DNA from: Lytechinus pictus
Taxonomy: Eukaryota
Reading direction: 5' to 3'
Length of the DNA: 64,000 nt
Assembly: GCF_037042905.1 (NCBI RefSeq)
Contig: NC_087245.1
Coordinates: 24,368,001 to 24,432,000, forward strand
Shown: positions 53,629-64,000 of the stretch, piece by piece
Position numbering within the stretch: position 1 is the stretch's first letter
Layout: each line of letters starts with the position of its first letter
Made by a program: the position numbers and the translations under genes
Notes under the pieces: model-generated
The model's input: only the letters and a program-made list of their open reading frames with translations
What the model was told of the DNA's origin: nothing
Databases searched by the model: none

Positions 53629-54138
53629 CCTTATAAGCTGAACTCCATCTTCAGTTGGCTTCAAATCCAACTTTTAGCTGGTCATTATAAAATATAAATG
53701 CAAAATGAAATACTATTAATCTCTTCCTCATCAAAATCTCTTTTTCAAACGATTCTTTTTACTTAGTTTGTGTATATTATCCATGTAGATGAACATAGAA
53801 ATGATTCTGTCTAATTGTATGAATGCAATTTTGTGCAAAGTTTAATCATCATATTAATGGACTTGTTGTTATCACTGGAGCTAAAGGAAAGTGGAAGAGA
53901 GAGGGCAAGAAAAGGTGCTTGTTCTAGTTAATTCATATCTATGTTTTCATAGACTGGGGCTTACCAATAATTCCATCATTAAATATGTAGGCTGTTTTGA
54001 TCATAGATTTTTTTTTAGATCCATTAGTCAATGCCATGGCAATAGAAATTAAAGTGCAGTTTAACCTCTCTTGATGCAGCAAAAATGTTATACCAAGAAA
54101 AACAACGGAAGCAATAAAATTGTAATTATGTGGGTATG

Positions 54139-54340
54139 TGAGAGAGAGGGGGGAGAAAGGGGCATAAAGAGAGAAAGGAATAAAAACAAAGAAGAAAAAA
54201 GTTGAAGGTAGAAAGGAAGAAAGAAAAAGAAAGGAAAAAAAAAGAAATTAAAGAAAGGAAGGAAGGAAGGAAGGAAAGAAAGAAAGAAAGAAAGAGAATA
54301 AAAACAAGATTTAAAGAAAGGGGGAGAAAAAGAGAGAGAT
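54139..54340. repeat. Polypurine low-complexity tract, (GGAA)n/(GAAA)n
   Basis: Directly visible in the sequence. It explains the spurious F/L/S-rich ORFs on the minus strand. Confidence 0.9.
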
Positions 54341-54617
54341 TTTGCCTTTGATGGGATGAAGTAGAGAGGAAAAACAAGGGACGGGAAACATATGACAATT
54401 ATTTTGTATTTTTCTAGTTCCGTATTGCAGTCTATGAATAATTCAACACCCACATTTTTATGCCATCACAAGCACAATACAAGATAAGCAATTATATTTA
54501 GCTGAATGTTACAACAACGCTGCCTCTCTGCTTAATGTTTGTTTTTGTCGTATTACAAATCAGATAAGAGATGGGGATAATAGAATGGTAGGCAGCAGGT
54601 GCTTTGCATCCCTTATT

Positions 54618-55027
54618 AGGTGGTTTCAGACCGCCTCAAAGTTCGTCAGTTCCAGGTATTTTCTAATTGGGAAATGTACCCTGATCAGAAAATAGGTAAT
54701 ACTGTAGGTAAACAGGTAATATTGGCAATGTGAAAGCAAATTACGCGTAATCTCCCCGAAAGAAAATACCCACTAAATAGTAGGTACTTGTCAAAATTAC
54801 AAGAACTTTCGCGGGGATTTTTCCAAGGTCGAGCTAGTGATTTTGAATCTCGCGCCTTGTTTGCTTATCAGACCATACTGCGCACGCTCGTAACTTCAGG
54901 AACTTATCCCGAAGGGTATGTTTCGGGGCGGTGTGAATGCAGGAATAATAAATGGGTATTTTTTAGCCTAAAAAAGTTCTCGTAATTTAACAGGGATTCG
55001 TATGATCGAGGCGGTTTAAAACCACCT
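54618..55027. mobile_element. PIF/Harbinger-like MITE
   Basis: AGGTGGTTTCAGACCGCCTC / GAGGCGGTTTAAAACCACCT, with ATT on both sides. Confidence 0.75.
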
Positions 55028-56059
55028 ATTTTCTCTTGTCTCTAAATCTTACACAGCAATTAGCAATCGAGAGGAGAATAAGTGATCAGCTGTCAAAGCC
55101 GTGTTATTACGAGAAGTAACACTCGTCATTACCCAGTTTGTATCTCTGTTGTGTTTTTCAAGGGGGATATAACCCCCCAAAAATACATGATTTATATTGC
55201 AGGTGGTCATCAAGGCTCTGAAAAACTGCATTTTTGACATATTTATGATACAAAATTATTCTTATTTCTGGAAACGGAGAAGTAATAGTATTTAGAGGTG
55301 CTTTGCCTGCTGTTGCAATAAAAGAAAAAAAAGTTGTTTGTTCTGCATTTGTAATGAGGGCTAGAAATAGCTTTTGGTAATTGAATATTCTGTTGGTGGC
55401 TTATGGGAATCCACTGGTCCACATATTAGGTAATACAGCATTCACATTATAAATTTCAGTCACAAGTTCACAACATTCCCAAGATCTAAATTTACATACT
55501 GAGTATTTCATGGAAGGATTCCCTGACTCATGTGCTCTCAGCCAATCAGGTGAAAGAATTTGCAGTAGCTTATAACAAGAATAAGTGAAAATCACTGACT
55601 ATCTAATTTTTTTAAATGCTCCCTAGAAGAATGACTGACTGCTACATGTAGGAGATGGAAGGGGGGGGGGGCTATTCAGGTTTGCTGACCTGGTTTTACA
55701 TGTACTGTATGACTGAACCTGCCCCATTTTTTTTTAGGTCAGTGTGATGGAAAATGGTCCTGATTTTACTTATGGAAATATAAATCTGTTGACATACGGG
55801 AAAAAAAGTAAGATTTCATAATCATACAAAGGTATTGTTTTGTGTTGAGTGACATATTATGGCAAGACATTTACCTTATTAATTTTGCTGCCCCTACTAT
55901 CCCCTGCTTAATGGATATCTTAAAAAAAGTGTTGTCCAAGGACAAAAAAGTAATAATCAAATCCATAACATATGGCATTAGTATTCAAATTCATTATTTA
56001 TTACAGGTGGATAAATACACGCTCTTGAATATAAAGATAATGTTGCTTAAGTGATTTCT

Positions 56060-56277
56060 CAACATCTTTTGAAAAAAATATTCCTTGCTTGAAGTACCAG
56101 ACATTTGATGGAACTTCTGGCTTATTATGTTCATTTCACAGCAATTGCAAATTTTCTTCCAGAGCTATTTGGCACATATTTTTTTTTCATTTATACATAC
56201 AAACACTTTGGTGGTCATTACATTGGATTCTGTCTGAACTCATTTTGAGATTATTACTACAACTGGTAAAATTTAAA
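56060..56277 (-). mobile_element. Family K2 copy (reverse, partial), ~90 bp upstream of IRS exon 5
   Basis: Shares TTTTCTTCCAGAGCTATTTGGCACATA...CATTGGATTCTG...CTCATTTTGAGA with 14086-14170. Confidence 0.65.
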
Positions 56278-56362
56278 CACCATTTTTAAAGGATTATTGC
56301 ATTTGATTATTCCTATTGTTTTCTATCCTTGCATCTCTCTTCCACTCATCACAAACTATTAG

Positions 56363-56653
56363 AGCCATGCGTTCAGTTCGACAACAGGAAGAAATGCGTC
56401 CACGAAGCCACAGTAGCACCATGAGCTCTGGCAATCCTGGCTCCGAAGCCAAGTCTCACTCGGCCTCGACGAGCAGACGGCAGTCCAACACACTTGGACC
56501 ATCTTGGAGGACCAGATGTGACAGCATGCCTGTGCCAAACCGTGCGATGCCCGGGTCCAGGTCCGGCTCCAGGTCCCGAGGGAATAGCGAAGGGGAGGAT
56601 GGGCAGCCGAAGGAAGAACAGCATGCCATAGCGAGCAGCAGCAGTCCAGTGAG
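56363..56653 (+). CDS. IRS: IRS coding exon 5 (end of PTB helix and Ser-rich regulatory region)
   Basis: Acceptor TATTAG|A completes GAA, giving EAMRSVRQQEEMRPRSHSS...RTRCDSMP...RSRGNSEGE. The 3' end is uncertain: candidate donors are CCA|GTGAGG (exon end 56648) and GAG|GTTGGT (exon end 56653). Confidence 0.88.
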
Positions 56654-58368
56654 GTTGGTATTGAAGAGCACACTTCATAACTTCTGTTTTATCTCTCAAT
56701 CATCTGACTGTTTGGTAAAATATTCAGTCTTCTATTCATTATTCTTTACAGGATGTATTTGTCTTCTCACACATTTAATTTCTATATGTGCAGTACAGAT
56801 GCTTTAAATGACATGTAAAGGCTCTTCATGTTGGGATTTGGAAAGGGAATAAATGTCAGGAGGTAACCAAAAGCTGAAAGGCTAGGATGGAGGTGTCTTC
56901 TGCTTCTACATGTAATACCCCCTTTCCACCGACTGCCGAAAGACCAGGGCTCTCACTATCGGAAAAAAATAGTAGTTGATTACCAAAAAATTACAATGGC
57001 CAATGAGAACCATTATGAATTGTTTCAAGTTTACAGTTGGTAGTTATCCTTTGTCTTTCGTACATAGACAATTCTAGCCAGGTTACAATGCCTCTTCAGA
57101 TCAGGTGGCCATATTGTTTTTACACAACGTTGGACCTGCTCAAAGTATTGTGTCTTTTCTTGCTAAATCTGCCTCTGGTTGTAGGGGCCCATATTTCATT
57201 ATAGTCTTACATTAGTCCTCTGTAGATCCCTATTGTCTTTAACGATCGTTCAGAGTTTGCTTTGGTCTTGTTAAATGGCTAACGTGGGTATCGTGGAGCA
57301 AATCGTGAAACACTTTTTTAATGGAATAGAAAAGGTGTTATACCAAATACATGTACTCAATGAAATGGCTGAGAACAATTGTTGATTGATCTGGAAGAGT
57401 ATTCCAGGATTCTATCAACTGTTGAGTCACTATTCTGCGATCTCCCAACATTCTTTCCGCATTTCCTGCATGTGAGCAACTCTCCAGGGTCTATCGGGCA
57501 TTTATGTGGTGTCATAGAGATTGCTGAGAGATCAAACAAAATTTAGGTGTCCCAACATTTGAACATTGGTCTTCAGTCTGTGGAAAGGGGATCTAGAAAG
57601 CGGAACATTATCTTGTTTTCCTAGTTTTTGTTAGGTTTTTTCTCTGTATCGTCTATCTCATCATCCCATGTCTTATTGCCCCTACTCTGATTATTTCTTT
57701 CTTTTATTTGCACACAATTAAAAACCAATGATTATGAGTGAGGGGTCAATTTTCCCAATATTACACCATCATTTCATAATCATTGCCAGCAGCTTGTGTT
57801 CATGACTAACCATGTAATTGCAAATGTGGGCAATCATCAATAAGAGAAGATTCGTACATAAGAAAAGTGCTATTCGAATTACATTATCTTTCTTCTCTAC
57901 CCAAGTGGCCTTAATTAGGAACTTGAAATTTATCAATAAATGCATATACATTTATGCTGAAGTAGGGAATATAAAGTTGCCAAATACTTCTTGGGTTTCT
58001 TTGAAATTCAAGACTTCAGCCCTTATCCTTGGCAAAGAAGATTCTTGCGGATTCCTTTGTAGTGCGATACTTTACCAGATTGGCTTTTAGATCTGTTTTT
58101 GAAGTGGCTACTTTATATTGGAGGCAACTGTATTTTGTAAAGATTTTTTTCAGTGTCTTTTGCCAACACTCACATGCATTTGATTAGATATTCACTGCAT
58201 GTTTCCTCTGCGTATGATTTCTACAGTGTTTAGCAAGTGCACATGACACATATAGAACTAAACGCTGCCCTGCCAAGGGTTCTTGCTATCCTGCATAGAG
58301 GAAAGTCAGAATAAATTTCTCTTACATTTAGGAGAACGGAATTGTCCTCAGTTGAATTTCATAATGTT

Positions 58369-58610
58369 AAGGCCCTGTCACATTGTTCGGTGCAAGCCTT
58401 GCGTGTGACTTGCGGATGACAATTTTTACTACCCACAAGTCACCCGCCTTGACTGTATCTCGCACACGTATCTCACAGGCAGTTGCTCCTAGAAGCGCAC
58501 TCGAGTCTAATTTGCACGCAGAAAAGTGTTGAACATGCTTGCGGATGAGTTGCGGGTGATTGACCGCATCTCACCCGCAAGACTTGCACGGAATGATGTG
58601 ACAGGACCTT
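58369..58610. mobile_element. PIF/Harbinger-like MITE
   Basis: AAGGCCCTGTCACAT / ATGTGACAGGACCTT, with internal TTGCG/CGCA repeats. Confidence 0.65.
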
Positions 58611-59839
58611 TCATTCTTAATAAAGCAAATCATATGTACATTAAGTATGCAAAATCATTTCCCACCATTTCAAATTTCCTTTCAAGCCTATCAAGTCAAA
58701 TTGAACATCTTTCATTTTGCCATCAAAATGAAGATTGTGCACACATTGTGTTCCAGAATATATGACTGGGTACTAATGTATATATCTGTTTAGTGCTTGG
58801 AAACAGTTATGATGTACAAAGCAGAGTATTATTACATTTATCAGGCCTTTGTCTGGAACCTTTATGAAGCTCTATAGTAGGGAATAGTTGTACAGTTGTA
58901 TCTTAAGTTTATTTTTGTTGTTGTTTTGCTGCTCCCCCCCCCCCCTTGGTGTGTTTATAATAGATTAGTGGTTGCAGAATACTCCGCATTTGGGCCTACT
59001 TGTACTTTTCTTTTCATGCTACATGTAGTCACATTTCACAATAATCACCTTTTTTTTCTATTGTATTTGTGACTTTATATACAACCTCAATTGAAAGCTC
59101 GCTTGTGACTCATTTGAAATGGTGTAGTAACTATATCGGGACATATTTTGGGTAGGTTTTACTCTTATTTCAAAGTTCAATCTTGGTTGGAAATTGTGTT
59201 GTATTTTCTTCATTCTCATTGGTCTGCATGATGTATTTTTTTTCTCATTCACTGACATAGTTTTGTCTGATGTTACATTTCATTGTTTCTACAAATTTGT
59301 TTTTCAGCCACAATGCACTTGCTTTTGGTAGCTTATGTGCACTCACGCACTAAATATCAATGTGAGAAAGATTGCTGAGGAATTTATCAGGATCTGTTAA
59401 TCAAAACTTCCAACTTTATACATGCAGATACTACCATGGCAACCTTGGTTATAATTTTGTATCCAATGTTATGGGATGTTCAAGAAGTTGAATTGCGATC
59501 TATAGGTTAGAGAAATGTCTCAGTCATCGTAGCCCATTGTGGTATAAGTCACAAGGGTGCCGATGCCATCTTAGGCTTTGGATGGATACATATCTATGGG
59601 ATGAATTAGTTTTGTCAAAAGAAATGCTTCTGATGGAATGAGAAGTGTAACATCGGGGCCCTATTTCTTAAAAGTTACTATTACTTTACCATCAATGGCA
59701 TTCTAATGTACCATGGTAACATTGCTTATCAGCCAGTCAGAATCAAGAGTTCATTAAAGTTACCATTGGATGATGAAGATACCATAATAGTTACTTTTAT
59801 GCACCAGGGCCATGTACGTTTAAGACAAATGGTAGTCAT

Positions 59840-60431
59840 TTATAGGAGAATGAAACTCTTGGAGCAAGTTAGCTTTTGTGAAAGCAGAAAAATCAAAGAA
59901 TAAGATCAACAAAAGTTTGAGTATAATAGGACTAGCAATAGAAGAGTTATGAGCATTTGAATGTCGATATCACTAATGCTATGGAGATCCTCCCATTGGC
60001 AATGCGACCAAGATCTATGATGTCACAGATGAACAACTCTCCCCTTTTGGACACTGAAAATATACCCCAAAACATCTCTTTTTGCTCATTCTAATCATAT
60101 GACAAACGATTCATCAGTGATATAATGTTGTGAAACCTCTGTAATTGTCCTCTCATAAAGAGAACACCTCACCTTGTGATAGACTCTATAAAAGTGAGAA
60201 TATAAGTGAAATAAGTACTAAAGTAGTGAGGGAGTTGTACGTGTGTGACATCACAGATCTTGGTCGCATTGCCAATGGGAGGATCTACATGGCATTAGTG
60301 ATCTCAATATTCAAATGCTCATAACTTTCTTATTATTCATTCAATCTTCCTCAAACTTTCAACAATATGTTTCTTTGATTTTTCTCTTTGATATGGATTC
60401 AGCTGGTTTCAAGGGTTTCATTCTCCTTTAA
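59840..60431. mobile_element. Kolobok-like MITE, family K3
   Basis: TTAT-AGGAGAATGAAAC...GTTTCATTCTCCT-TTAA. Long inverted arms include CTCCCATTGGCAATGCGACCAAGATCT and its reverse complement. Confidence 0.8.
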
Positions 60432-61001
60432 TAAGGAGACAAATAATGGAGGTTCACCTGAGAACGCCCTGCAGTCAGACTGCGTGTAAAGTGTTCCAGT
60501 TGATGGCTTGCTATGGTGCTTTATGTATCTTGAACATGCAAACTGTATTGCTGATTCCTGAGCACAACAGAAGTCTTGAGTTATGTCTGTTTGTTAGTAG
60601 GGATAACCCTCCACAGCATCTCCCTCAACAATCCCTTCAATTCAGCTCTGACAAAAACAAATGGGGAATCCAAGAAAATATAAAGACACTGAGCAGGATC
60701 TCTGAGTAAAAGCTCAAGTCCAACCTTAATGTGGCCTTTAGCAAAAAAATTACACTCGGGCAGCTTGTCAAAGAATTGTTATAGATGCGTTATCAAAAAG
60801 TTCATTGAACTATGTATGTTCATCTTCATGTTTCATGGAAAATGCAGATGTGCACCAAGAAGACATCGGGACACCTGGCAGGGTTTAAACTTTGTATGAA
60901 TCTATGCCTTTAATACTGGGCTATCACAAGACATGTTTCCAGCATACATGTACATGTATGTCGATATACAAGTCACACTTACATCTTTGTGAAATATTCG
61001 C

Positions 61002-61266
61002 CAGGGGCCCGTCTTACAAAGAGTTAGCATTGGTCCAATCAAATTGTAACTATGGAAATCGATCAGTGTCATAATTTTTTCTGCAGGAAATTTGCAAAAT
61101 GTCAATTGTAAACAAACGAGAACACACCAAATTGTTTAAGAAATCAATGAATTCATGGATATAGAATTTTTTTTGAACAAACATGCATTTTATATGTTGA
61201 CTTTGCTGGCTTTCCCTAGTTGCGATTGATTGGATCAATCGCAACTCTTTGTAAGATGGGGCCCAG
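61002..61266. mobile_element. CWG-target MITE
   Basis: CAG-GGGCCCGTCTTACAAAGAGTT...AACTCTTTGTAAGATGGGGCC-CAG. Confidence 0.75.
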
Positions 61267-61490
61267 GTGTGACAGCTTCAAGCTTGTGCACATATCCTCT
61301 AAAAAAATATTTCTATAGTTAAATGCAAAATATAAAGAGAATAACATTTCGTTTCAGGCAATTGGACTTGATTTCTTTTCTCCGAAATATTCTCTTTTGC
61401 CCTCAGAAAGGTAGTAACAGTAACTTTGGAAATGATGTTGCAGTACATGTATATGTGACCAGTCGCCTCAAAAGCAACAATCAGTTGCCA

Positions 61491-62230
61491 TTAACCCTTA
61501 TTAAACTGGGGGAGGGGGTCTTTTTGACTGCGCCGCTCTCAGACTTTTTACTTTCAAGTCTTGCGCACCAAATTTGCGACGCCCGGGTACGCGGTTTCCA
61601 AAATTACGCAACGTTTTGTAAGTGCATGTCAGACAAGAAATTGCTCAAAAACGTGATTCCGTGTAAAAAATCAATGCAAATTGTGTTTTTCAACCAAAAA
61701 TCATAAATGTATGATTATTTTTAGTTTTGTTGGTTTAAATGGATTTTATGCTATTTATAATCGCAAAAGGGTCCTCGACAAAGTTCATCGGGAAAAACAA
61801 TAAAAGACAATGGTTTGAAAAAACAAAGAAATACATAAGAATTTTAAAAACAATAAAATACATAAGAAATTAATTATATTTTTGCTATTTTTTTGTAGAT
61901 ATTTGTTAGAAATGTAATAATTGATACTCCCACCAAAAATTAGCATTCTACTAGCTATATAAATTGAGTTAAAGGCAAATACATACACAAAAAACCAAAT
62001 TTATGGCAAATTTCATATGCTTATTTGCATAATTAATTAATAAAAAATTTTTTTTTTTTTAATTTTGAAAATTTTACTATACACTCTTGTAGTTTAAATC
62101 CGGCTCTCCGCACTTGCAAATTTTCGCGGCGATTACGCAATCAGCGGCCGAGATCTGAGGGGGGGTCAAATTGACCCCCCCCCCCCCCAGTATATACTGG
62201 TCCGAAATAGCCCAGTTAAGATAGGGCTAA
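61491..62230. mobile_element. piggyBac-like MITE
   Basis: TTAA-CCCTTATTAAACTGGG...CCCAGTTAAGATAGGG-CTAA. CCC..GGG ends, a TTAA-type TSD, and subterminal GGGGGTCAAATTGACCCCC. Confidence 0.75.
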
Positions 62231-62716
62231 GGTTGTCTATAAATGATTTGGTCTTTAAGGAATAAAAATTAGAAAAATAGGCTTATCTGAAAGAATATAT
62301 GTACTTCTTCTTCTTTATACTGTCAAAATGTTAAGGTGTCAAGTTGGGATAAAAGACAAGATAAAAAGAGTTTCTGTGACACCCTATTTTGCAGACTGCC
62401 TGAAAGTTTCACTGAGATTGCATAGCATGCACATCCCATGATTGAGTAAACCCCAAACTTTAAACCTTGATCTCTCCTTAATTTTTGAAGCTCTATGTGA
62501 TATTCTTCTGCATTCAATCAAGCACTAGTATGGGTATTTAAATTGTTGATTAATTTTAACAAATCATATATAATTTCAAAGCTTGGGATGGCTTTTTTTT
62601 TTCAAGCACAATAAAAATATCAAATTTCAGTTTGGGCAGCTTACTGTGGGTTTTGAGGTGGCAGGTCACATATACCGTACTTCAGTCATGTGTTCTGGGG
62701 CCTATAACATAAATCT

Positions 62717-63123
62717 TTAAAGGAAACCAAAACCCAAGAAGAGAAACAATCTTATTGGAAAGAGTAAAATGAGAGGAACAATTTTAAGTTTTATTACAAT
62801 CGGTTATAAAATAAGCAAGTTATGGACGTTTAAAAAGTCTTGTTGTACTTTCTGTGGGTATCCTTAAATTGGCAAACTTGCTTCAATTTGTGGACAACTC
62901 TCCATTTGTTTTTTACACAAATTTTCAGATTTTCCTTATTATCTTTCAAATTGCATCTTGCCTCCTGAGCACAACAATTGTCATGAGAAAATATAATTCA
63001 CACCACATATGTCAAAGTCAGGAGGAGATAATGTGAAATTTTGATGAAACTTTTTAAATTGTTCCTCTCATTGTACTATTTCCAATAAGATTGCTTCTCT
63101 TCTTGGGTTTTGGTTTCCTTTAA
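62717..63123. mobile_element. Kolobok-like MITE, family K4, nested in a CWG-type MITE (62695-63223)
   Basis: TTAA-AGGAAACCAAAACCCAAGAAGAGAA...TTCTCTTCTTGGGTTTTGGTTTCCT-TTAA, a perfect 25-bp TIR. Confidence 0.85.
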
Positions 63124-64000
63124 TAGTAATGGATCATGGGTCTGATTTTTAGATAATCGATCAATGCAATCAATGAGATAAATTCGCCCTGTGATCCATT
63201 GCTAAGCTTTTATGTTGGTCCTGGTCGTCATTGTCAGCAGTGTTAGAATATGCTATGCTTCCGAACACAAGCAAAAAGGTGTATCTTGCAACTGAACTTG
63301 GAATTACCTATTTTTTTTTTCCATTATTCTGTTGAAGCTTGTTGATGTTAGATTCTAAGATGCCAATCTGCATATGTTACAAGGGCAAAGAGATGTTTAA
63401 AAAAAATAAAGCCCAAAATTTCTGCTTTGCCACATTCAACCACTTAGTTTTGGGAATTTTGATGCACCAAAGTATTCATAACACCACTTTTCACGTGCAA
63501 TGCTATATGAAAAGATAATCATATACATGTAGCTGTTTATCTCTAAGAGTGGAGTTGTGCTTGCAGATCAGTGTAATGTAAACTAAATCTTGTGGATATA
63601 CATGTATGCACTGTATTATTCTTTAAAATATCTCTGAATAGTTACTAGAGATCGGGCACTGTTTTTGTGTTGCTTCTCAGCACTGACAAGGTGTTGTTCT
63701 CTGACTAGAAACAGACAGATTCTCGGCAAATCAAAACCAAGGATTTCACTGAAAATTTCATGAGCAATCTGTACTGGCGCCAAGAAGGGATAGGAAAGAG
63801 GGAGGGGATCAAAGACAACATTTAATCCAAGATGTGTTATATCAACATTAGACATTATCCTTTGAATGTTTGGCTGATATTAATACCGTCAACCCATATC
63901 CATGGAATAAGGGTTTTTGCTATGATCTTATTTTTGATTATTTTTGTTTTCACATCAGCTTACTTGTTTCAAGGGTCTAATTTTCCATGAAAGCCACTTT

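Noticed and set aside
54088..54453. Hydrophobic F/L-rich ORFs, and poly-His/Ile ORFs at 4351-4555 and 39302-39726
   Set aside because: They are translations of microsatellite or low-complexity DNA.
9179..61115. FoxO-type GTAAACA/TGTTTAC sites across the IRS locus
   Set aside because: About 15 seen, close to my rough chance expectation (~14) for AT-rich 64 kb, and three are duplicated copies.
56654..64000. Search for further IRS exons with YxxM motifs
   Set aside because: No convincing exon found. The C-terminal exons probably lie beyond the window, although small exons could have been missed.

Overview
AT-rich, intron-rich animal genomic DNA. The repeat families resemble those of echinoderms such as sea urchins, but this is an inference. 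The only protein-coding gene I can support is an insulin receptor substrate (IRS/chico-like) gene on the + strand. Five coding exons (31092-31184, 43651-43954, 44395-44534, 46663-46805, 56363-~56653) splice in phase to give PH domain + PTB domain + a Ser-rich segment with three RxRxxS motifs; the gene continues past the window end. The rest is intron or upstream DNA packed with non-autonomous DNA transposons (Kolobok-, piggyBac-, P-, AcademH-, Sola-, PIF/Harbinger-, Tc1/mariner-, hAT- and Helentron-like), a SINE and a decayed LINE. The most striking observation is that the palindrome TACATGTA occurs dozens of times. Comparing repeat copies shows it arises as a 6-bp TA->TA-CATG-TA insertion, matching a Tc1/mariner excision footprint, with sister scars TACCGGTA and TACACGTA. 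Other notable points are a near-identical MITE-spacer-MITE-spacer-MITE array, MITEs carrying RFX X-box + CCAAT modules, and a uORF chain in the IRS 5' leader. Almost all ORFs in the supplied track are spurious.
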